NCBI GenBank assembly: GCA_900234795.1
Contig: LT962688.1
Span: 3,720,001-3,752,000 of the forward strand
Length of the DNA stretch: 32,000 bases
Reading direction: 5' to 3'
From: Methylorubrum extorquens
Lineage (GTDB): Bacteria > Pseudomonadota > Alphaproteobacteria > Rhizobiales > Beijerinckiaceae
Shown: in pieces, positions 25,894 to 32,000 of the stretch
Position numbering within the stretch: position 1 is the stretch's first letter
Layout: each line of letters begins with the position of its first letter
Translations under genes and position numbers: made by a program
The notes under the pieces: model-generated
Databases searched by the model: none
Seen by the model: only the letters and a program-made list of their open reading frames with translations
What the model was told of the DNA's origin: nothing

Positions 25894-27438
25894 TCAGGCC
25901 GATGGCGGCGCTTCCGGCGGGGCGGCCTGACCTACGGCGTAACGGTCCTTGAACCGGTCGTGGCCGGCCAAGGCGGCTGGCCGGTAAGGCCCCGAGCCGG
26001 CGCATTGCGGAACCCATTCCAGGTCGAACCGCTCGACCACCGTCTGGTGGACCGGGGCGTCGTGCGCGATGCTACGCACCTGCGAGGCCCAGTTCCAGGA
26101 GGCCAAGAAACGACGCAGGAAAACCGGGATCGAGCGCTCGATGGTGTCGCGCATCCCGGCGATTTCGCAGTGCTGCACCCCGTCGGCGGCCGGGAAGACG
26201 TGGAGCTTGGGATTGCCGGTCGCGTCCCCAGGCGCGCTCAGCCCGTCGACCTTGAGGCCATCCGGGATGCGGGTGGCCTCCTCGATCATCCACCCCAGCG
26301 CGACGTCGGACAGGCGGGACTCGGCCTCGGGGTAGCTCCCGCCGATGTCCGAGTGGTTGCCGGCGAACCAGAGTTGGACGAGGCGCTCGGGGCCCTCGCC
26401 GTGGGGCTGCGCCCCGTCCTGGATGCCGCCCCAGGCCACGCGGTCGAAGTCCTTGCGGGTCTCGTCGATGGCGTTGGCGGAGCGCGCGTACCGGACGAAG
26501 CGGCTGAGCAGGCGGTCGAAGTTCTCGACCTTCCAGTTTGCCATGTGGCTGCTCTTGTCCCCCGGGTTCGGGAAGTCGCGGATCACCTTTCGGCGCGAGC
26601 GCCGCTCGCGGTTCCAGAGCCAGGCGCCGCCGACCAGGACGAAGAGAAGCAGGAGCCAGCCAAGGGCGGGCCAGAAGTGCGCGCCGGCGAAGGCGACCAG
26701 GAGGCCCGCCGCGGCCGCTGCAGGCAAGAACCCGACAAGAGCGAGGCCGAGGGTGGCCCCGACGGCCAAGCCGGACTGGATCAGGAAGCGACGAACCCCC
26801 TTGGCACCGAGCGCCGCCACGGTGTCGAACACGCCGATGAAGTACGGGGCCGCGTTGGAGCGGCCGCGCTCGCCGCTCTCGTGTGCCGATGCGTACCGGT
26901 CGCGAAAGCGCCGGGCGAGCTCATCCCTTTCGGCCTCGTACTTCGCCCGCCCGTGCCCGGCTCCATGCTCCAGCACAGTCTCGACCGCTTCCCGGGCGAT
27001 GTCGCGTGCGCCCTTGCGGAAGCGAGGCAGGTCCCCGTTCGCGCCGCGGGTCGGCACGCCGCACAGCATCAGCAGGTTCGCCACGCACCGGACCGTGTAG
27101 GCGCCGCGGCTGAACCCGATGAGGAAGATGCGGTCCCCCTCCCGGTAGTGGTTGATGATGAATTCGTAGCAGTCGGCGATGTTGGTCGTGATGCCGCGCC
27201 CGGTCACCGAGGCCAGCAGCTTCTGCACGAACCGCACGGGGGAGGACAGCGCGGTGGCGCCGATGTCCGTGCCGAGGCCTGGGTCATAGAACGCGACCTG
27301 CTCGGCCGGGTCTATCCTGCTGTCGGGGCCTGTCCGGCAAACCCGGTACATCTTGTAGACGTTGCTGACCCTCTGCCCGGGCCTGACCCCGCCGTCCTGG
27401 CCGGTCCCGTCCGAGAACACCACGATGTTCTTGGGCAT
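25894..27438 (-). CDS. DUF2235 (T6SS Tle1-like alpha/beta hydrolase) family protein with an internal hydrophobic insert
   Basis: MPKNIVVFSDGTGQDGG...VAFYDPGLGT...IFLIGFSRGAYTVRCVANLL...YFIGVFDTVAALG...LWFAGNHSDIGGSY carries the family motifs. Residues encoded at about 26614-26787 form 2-3 predicted TM helices: LIQSGLAVGATLGLALVGFLPAAAAAGLLVAFAGAHFWPALGWLLLLFVLVGGAWLW. Confidence 0.8.
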   Translation of the reverse strand: MPKNIVVFSDGTGQDGGVRPGQRVSNVYKMYRVCRTGPDSRIDPAEQVAFYDPGLGTDIGATALSSPVRFVQKLLASVTGRGITTNIADCYEFIINHYREGDRIFLIGFSRGAYTVRCVANLLMLCGVPTRGANGDLPRFRKGARDIAREAVETVLEHGAGHGRAKYEAERDELARRFRDRYASAHESGERGRSNAAPYFIGVFDTVAALGAKGVRRFLIQSGLAVGATLGLALVGFLPAAAAAGLLVAFAGAHFWPALGWLLLLFVLVGGAWLWNRERRSRRKVIRDFPNPGDKSSHMANWKVENFDRLLSRFVRYARSANAIDETRKDFDRVAWGGIQDGAQPHGEGPERLVQLWFAGNHSDIGGSYPEAESRLSDVALGWMIEEATRIPDGLKVDGLSAPGDATGNPKLHVFPAADGVQHCEIAGMRDTIERSIPVFLRRFLASWNWASQVRSIAHDAPVHQTVVERFDLEWVPQCAGSGPYRPAALAGHDRFKDRYAVGQAAPPEAPPSA

Positions 27439-27793
27439 GTGCCACCGCAAGTCCGCTCAACCCCGTCGGCACACCCGGTCAGGGGACCGAGGCCTCCGGC
27501 TTCGACGCTGGCGGCACGCGTCGCCGCCGCTTTCGCCCCGAGACTCGCAACGGTTAGGTTCGGCCTTTGTTTCACAAGCATGGGCCGCATCGCGCCCAGA
27601 CTTACTTTCCATCTCGCGCCGCGGTCGATGCCACGACCAACCGGCGGCTGAACGGGTTCCGCCACTTGCGGCCACGCTCCCAAAGCCGACAAAATGGCGG
27701 CATAGGGCGGACCGTCGGACAGGCCTGCCGTGCTCCGAAGCCAATCAGACGGGAATGGAGCGCGGCCGGGTTCGGCCGCCGGGGTCGAGCGTG

Positions 27794-28513
27794 ATGGTCG
27801 AGGGGCACAGGACAGGGCCGGTACCAGGGGAGGCGCTGGCCGAGGATGGCGTCGGCGGAAGCGTGTCGGCGGGCCTGGAGGCTCCCTCGCTCCCTGTGCC
27901 CAAGGAGACGGGCGAACAGGACGCGGCGGCGACGCAGGCCCCCGTGCAGCACCCGACCTGGTCGACCTTCACCGTAAGAGGGGTGAGCTACGCCTTCGGG
28001 CACCTGGTGGACTTCGAGTTCACCTGCAAGGACTCGGACGGGGCGGACTGTCTCGTCCTGGTCACCTTCACCGACCACGTCTTCACCCGCGACCCGGTGC
28101 CAGGTGACAGCAACGCCGACGCCTTCCCGAATTGCAGCCGCACGCCCTACGGCTTGGTCTGCCCGGTCCGACACCGCATGTCGCTGCGCCTGCGCGACAT
28201 CATCGAGCAGGTGGCCGGCCGGAAGGTCTGGTCCCTGTACGCCGGCGACCGGTACGCCCAGGTTCCCGTCCTCGACGACGAAGGGGCGGAAGTCCTCTAC
28301 GCCGTGATCTTCTCGCTCGACCCCTTCAAGGGCACGAAGCACCACCTGCGCATGCTGGTGCGCTCCGCATACGTCTGCGATGTCGAGCCGCCCGACACCT
28401 ACGGCGAGGTGAAGTTCTCGAACCTGGTCAAGCTGCGGATGACGAACAAGCATCCCCGCAAGGTGACCGACCGCGGCCGTAAGAAGCCCAAGATGCCGAG
28501 AACGGGAGGCTGA
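27794..28513 (+). CDS. Hypothetical protein (239 aa), divergent from the DUF2235 gene
   Basis: MVEGHRTGPVPGEAL...WSTFTVRGVSYAFGHLVDFEFTCKDSDGADCLVLVTFTDHVFTRDP...LYAVIFSLDPFKGTKHHLRMLVRSAYVCD...KKPKMPRTGG. Third-position GC is good from about 27794 onward. I recognise no family. Confidence 0.6.
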   Translation: MVEGHRTGPVPGEALAEDGVGGSVSAGLEAPSLPVPKETGEQDAAATQAPVQHPTWSTFTVRGVSYAFGHLVDFEFTCKDSDGADCLVLVTFTDHVFTRDPVPGDSNADAFPNCSRTPYGLVCPVRHRMSLRLRDIIEQVAGRKVWSLYAGDRYAQVPVLDDEGAEVLYAVIFSLDPFKGTKHHLRMLVRSAYVCDVEPPDTYGEVKFSNLVKLRMTNKHPRKVTDRGRKKPKMPRTGG

Positions 28514-28656
28514 AAAGAAAAACGGCCCCTTTCGGGACCGTTCCGACCTTGCGGTCTCGGGGCGAAGCTCTCAAGGTTTCCCTCTACCCCGCATGCGCAG
28601 GGACCGGACTTCCGTCCGATGGCGCTAGCTATCTCACACCCAACGACTAGCGATCT
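28512..28656 (-). ncRNA. Candidate ~145-nt small RNA with its own promoter and intrinsic terminator
   Basis: On the minus strand, TTGACG (28687-28692) plus a 17-nt spacer plus TATTGT (28664-28669) forms a promoter. The transcript has several GC hairpins, for example CGGAC-GGAA-GTCCG and CCCTGC-GCAT-GCGGGG. It ends in the hairpin AACGGTCCC-GAAA-GGGGCCGTT (28521-28542) followed by TTTTTCTTTTC. No ORF is present. Confidence 0.4.
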
Positions 28657-28858
28657 GGGGAGGACAATAGGGTCCGCCCTCGATAGCGTCAAGGACGTTC
28701 GGCACGCTCCGGAGTGGTCACTGCCCGGTCACGCGCCCGCCTGGGGAGCCTTTCTCCGACGCCTGGCCATTCGCTGAACGGTTGCTGCGTGCCGGCTTCA
28801 GAACCGGTTCAAAACAATGAGCCGAGACTGCCTTCACCCCGAACCGAAGGTCGTATCG

Positions 28859-29089
28859 ATGAAGGCACGTCTCGCAGGTCTGGTCGCCGCCGCTCTCGTG
28901 CTGGTCCCCGGCGCGGCCTCCGCGCAATGGTACGGGCACGACCCGCGCCATCACCACCACCATCACGGGGACCACCATCGCCACCACGGGCACGGCTACG
29001 GCCATCGCTTCGAGCGGCATCACCATCACGGCCACGACCGCCCCGCCCACTTCGACCGGGGCCGCCACCATCACCATCACGGCTACTGA
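28859..29089 (+). CDS. Secreted histidine-rich mini-protein (76 aa precursor)
   Basis: The signal peptide MKARLAGLVAAALVLVPGAASA is followed by QWYGHDPRHHHHHHGDHHRHHGHGYGHRFERHHHHGHDRPAHFDRGRHHHHHGY. That is 24 His in 54 mature residues. A GAAGG sequence lies upstream of ATG 28859. Confidence 0.7.
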   Translation: MKARLAGLVAAALVLVPGAASAQWYGHDPRHHHHHHGDHHRHHGHGYGHRFERHHHHGHDRPAHFDRGRHHHHHGY

Positions 29090-29322
29090 CGGCAACACGC
29101 CGGAACGTAACGACTGACGCCCCGCGCCTTCCCGGATGAGGCGGACGGCGGGGCTTCTTGCATTCGGGCGCCGGAACCGCTGCCGGCGACGGCCGTCCCG
29201 GTCCGGACCGTCCGCTCCTCCACATTTTTTTCGAAGGATACGTGAACCGGGTCTCGGCCTTGCGCGACCAACGAATGTCGGGGCCGCACCCAGCAGCCCG
29301 AGCCATTCGAAGGATTGCCGCC

Positions 29323-29595
29323 ATGACCAGGACCAAGATCATCGCCGCCCTGTGCACCATCGGCCTGGCTCTCGGAGCAGGCTCCGCGGAGGCGAAGCCC
29401 TTCCACGGGCACGGTCACAGCCACGGTTTCGGCCACGGAGGTGCCGTCCTAGGCGGCCTTGCGCTGGGGGCTGTGGTAGTCGGCTCCGCGATAGCCGCCA
29501 CCTCCGACGAGACCTACGACTGCATCGTGAAGGTCCGACGGACCTACGACGATTTCGGCAACGTCTATGTTCGCCGGGTGCGGGTCTGCGAATGA
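29323..29595 (+). CDS. Small exported/membrane protein with a His-Gly motif (90 aa)
   Basis: MTRTKIIAALCTIGLALGAGSAEA-KPFHGHGHSHGFGHGGAVLGGLALGAVVVGSAIAATSDETYDCIVKVRRTYDDFGNVYVRRVRVCE. An AAGGA sequence lies upstream. It is trimmed from ORF 29158..29595. Confidence 0.6.
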   Translation: MTRTKIIAALCTIGLALGAGSAEAKPFHGHGHSHGFGHGGAVLGGLALGAVVVGSAIAATSDETYDCIVKVRRTYDDFGNVYVRRVRVCE

Positions 29596-29725
29596 GGCAA
29601 GACCTTCGCCGTGAGAACTGCGCGGTCCGGAGCGTCCGGATCGCGTGGACTGAGTTTGGCGTCTCCTCTACAGTCATGAGGCCGTTCGCCGCCTGAGGCC
29701 GGCGGCCGCGGGAGCACGTGCTGCG

Positions 29726-31491
29726 ATGCGGGGTGCCTTCGTTCGGTTCATGCTTGGATGGCCCTGCCGCGTCCTGACCGCGGCGGCGCTCCTCTTTCCC
29801 GGTTGCCTTGCCGCCGAAGCGCAGATGCGCAGCCCGGCCGGATCCGGCGGTCCCTACGGCGGCAATTACGGAGGGGGTGGCTACGGTGGCGGCCATCGCG
29901 GCGGCCCGATGATCGGCCTGCCGGGGATGATCGGCGTCATACCGCGCCTGATCCCCCGACAGCCGGTGGAAGAGGTCGAGGACGAGGAGCCGCCGCCACG
30001 GCGGCCGGCCCGCCAACCCGAGTACAAGGACGAGCCTCCTGCATACCAGCCAAGGCCGCGTCCCCGGCCGCAAGTCCCGTCGGTTCATCGCGCGGAGCCA
30101 GCACCAGCACCGTCACCGCGTCCGAGGCAAGCCGCACCCGTCCGTGAAACTCCGCCCAAGGCGGTGCAAAGGCAGGAGCGCCCGAAGCCCGTCGCGACAC
30201 CGGTCGCCAAGCCGCAGCCGCCGAGGCCGTCTCTCGCCAAGGCACCGCCCCGCCGCGTCGTCAGGCTCCCGCTCCCACGCCTGTCCCTGCCGCAAGCCAA
30301 CCGGGCCCCGCGGACCCTGGCGAGGTACCCGGCGAGGTCCTCTTCGTCCTGAAGGCCGACGCGCCCACCGGGAGCCTGCCCGAGATCCTGCGCCGCGAGC
30401 GCCTGGCACTGGTCTCCACGGACACCTTCACGCTGGTGCCGGTCACGCTGCACCGGGCCCGCTTCCGTGACCGACGGTCGGTTGCGGAGGTAATCGCCGC
30501 CCTGACGCGCGACCCTCGCGTCGCCTCGGCGCAGGCGAACCATGTCTACGCGCTCGTCGGAGAGGCCGTGCCGGTCCTCGCCGGCGCACAGTACGTCGTG
30601 AGCAAGCTACGCCTGAAGGAGGCGCACGCCTCGGTTACGGGCAAGGGCGTGACCGTCGCCGTGATCGATTCCGGTGTCGATCTGGGGCATCCCTCGCTAC
30701 AGGGTGCCGTGGCGGACCGGCACGACGCGCTGGACGGCGGCAAGCCGGCGGCCGCCCATCCGCACGGGACGGCCATCGCCGCCATCGTCGGCGCGCGCGC
30801 CCAACTGGCCAGCGCCGCACCGGAAGCCAGCCTCCTCGCGGTGCGCGCCTTCTCGGGCGAGACCCGGGCCGGCGCCCAGGGCACCACGCTCCACGTTTTG
30901 CGCGGTCTCGACTGGGCCGAGCGCAAGGCCGCGCGCGTGGTCAACATGAGCTTTGCCGGTCCCTGGGACGCGGCCCTCTCCGAATTCCTAGCAGCCGGAA
31001 CCGGACGCGGCGTCGTCTACGTGGCCGCGGGTGGCAACGCCGGCCCGGCTTCGCCGCCCCTGTTCCCGGCCGCCGACCCGAACGTCATTGCGGTGACCGC
31101 GACGGACGCCGAGGACAGGCTCTTCCCGGCGGCCAACCGCGGCTCGCACCTTTGCGTCGCCGCACCGGGCGTCGACATCCTCGTCGCCGCGCCGAACAAC
31201 GGATACGGGCTTCTCTCAGGCACTTCGATGGCCGCCGCGCAGGTCAGCGGTGTGGTTGCCCTGATGCTGCAAGCGAGACCTGGCCTCAAGCCCGCCGAGG
31301 TGCGCACCGCCCTGACGCGCAGCGCCCGCGACCTCGGGCCGCCGGGCCCGGACCGTGAGTTCGGCGCCGGCTTCGCCGACGCGGAAGGTGCCGTGCGGTT
31401 CCTGACGACACCCATGGCCGCCAAGGAGCCGGACGGCCCCATGCCGACTGGGGCGAGCGCCACCCCCGTCAGCGCCAGCTCGCAGCCGTGA
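29726..31491 (+). pseudogene. Secreted S8 (subtilisin-like) serine protease with a Gly/Tyr- and Pro-rich N-terminal region; the reading frame is split (-1) somewhere in 30148-30352
   Basis: Frame 2 (29726..30352) encodes a signal-like N-terminus, GGPYGGNYGGGGYGGGHRGG and a Pro-rich linker. Frame 1 is open from 30148 but has no ATG/GTG/TTG before 30436. It encodes an I9-like propeptide (GEVLFVLKADAP...VTLHRARF...VIAALTRDPRVASAQANHVYAL) and the catalytic D/H/S motifs (VAVIDSGVD, HGTAIA, GTSMAAAQVSG). Confidence 0.75.
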
Positions 31492-31588
31492 CGATGGCGG
31501 CCAGTCGTGACGGCGAGAGCTACGACGCGAAATCCTCCTCCGGGATTGAACCGTTCGCCTCGTCCGGGCGACCCATGAAGGGGCGCGG

Positions 31589-32000
31589 ATGAGCACGCCT
31601 TCCGACGAGGACCTGATCTGGCGCATCGCCGGCGGCGACCGCTCGGCGATGCAGGGCCTCTACGCCCGGCACGCGACGGCCGTGTTCCGCTTCCTCGTCC
31701 GCATGGTGCGCGACCCGAGCCGGGCGGAGGACCTGATGAGCGACGTCTTCTTCGATGTCTGGCAGCAGGCCGGCCGCTTCGAGGGTCGGTCCAGCGTCAC
31801 GACCTGGATGCTGACCATCGCCCGCTTCAAGGCGCTCTCGACCCTGCGGCGACGCCCGCACGAGCCGCTGGAGCCGGAGATGGCCGAGGCGGTCGAGGAC
31901 GAGGCCGATACGCCCGAGGTCACGCTGCAGAAGGCGAGCAAGGCGGAGGCCATGCGCCGCTGCCTCGACCTCCTCTCGGTCGAGCACCGCACCGTGATCG
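31589..32000 (+). CDS. ECF (sigma-70 family, group 4) RNA polymerase sigma factor, 3'-truncated by the window edge
   Basis: Hand translation gives MSTPSDEDLIWRIAGGDRSAMQGLYARHATAVFRFLVRMVRDPSRAEDLMSDVFFDVWQQAGRFEGRSSVTTWMLTIARFKALSTLRRR..., showing region 2 motifs. There is no stop before the window ends. Confidence 0.85.
   Translation, partial: MSTPSDEDLIWRIAGGDRSAMQGLYARHATAVFRFLVRMVRDPSRAEDLMSDVFFDVWQQAGRFEGRSSVTTWMLTIARFKALSTLRRRPHEPLEPEMAEAVEDEADTPEVTLQKASKAEAMRRCLDLLSVEHRTVI

Larger units (their letters stand above)
13343..28700. mobile_element. Degraded integrative element / prophage-like genomic island; left end at the tRNA-Val fragment, right end not resolved
   Basis: It carries an integrase, an Xis-like gene, Cro-like regulators, many overlapping small unknown genes with ATGA/GTGA coupling, methylase and lysis-gene stubs, an IS481 stub and a truncated OLD nuclease. 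I saw no second copy of the att core in the window. Confidence 0.5.

Noticed and set aside
28512-28656. Assigning the candidate sRNA to SRP RNA, tmRNA, 6S RNA or a riboswitch
   Set aside because: I could not find the conserved SRP domain IV motif, a tag ORF, a 6S-like central bubble or riboswitch cores. It is transcribed away from any downstream gene. I left it as an unclassified candidate.
31548-31572. ECF-type autoregulatory promoter (GAAC-N17-CGAC) upstream of the sigma factor gene
   Set aside because: It matches only four plus four loosely defined bases and lies very close to the ATG. It is plausible but cannot be supported from sequence alone.

Overview
This is a high-GC alphaproteobacterial chromosome segment. 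The gene content and codon style look Methylobacterium-like, but that assignment is a guess. All calls come from reading the six-frame translations and the DNA by eye; no database search was run.

Bases 1-13.3 kb are ordinary core genome: purK/purE, a DUF3606 mini-gene, a divergent pair of DUF465 mini-genes, a PrpE-like acyl-CoA synthetase, a ceramidase-family membrane protein, xthA, a Sel1-repeat protein, ilvD, eutBC and an oxalate/formate-antiporter-type MFS gene.

At 13343-13393 a 3' half of tRNA-Val(GAC) lies next to a tyrosine integrase. It marks the left edge of a mosaic, decayed integrative element or prophage remnant of at least 15 kb. That element carries:
- an Xis-like gene, Cro/HTH regulators with a 13-bp inverted-repeat operator, and several unknown genes;
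- a DNA-methylase stub;
- a compact protein with family-A (Pol I/T7-like) polymerase motifs, bracketed by iteron-like and helically phased CCATGG repeat arrays;
- spanin-like lysis relics and an IS481 transposase stub;
- an OLD-family ATPase/TOPRIM nuclease lacking its N-terminus;
- a DUF2235 (Tle1-like) hydrolase with inserted transmembrane helices, divergent from an unknown 239-aa gene;
- a candidate ~145-nt sRNA.

Bases 28.8-32 kb encode secreted His-rich mini-proteins, a Gly/Pro-rich S8 subtilase and an ECF sigma factor.

At least five or six genes are broken by single-base frame shifts. Four of these sit in C/G homopolymers and each looks like one extra base. Pseudogene calls may therefore reflect sequencing error rather than biology.
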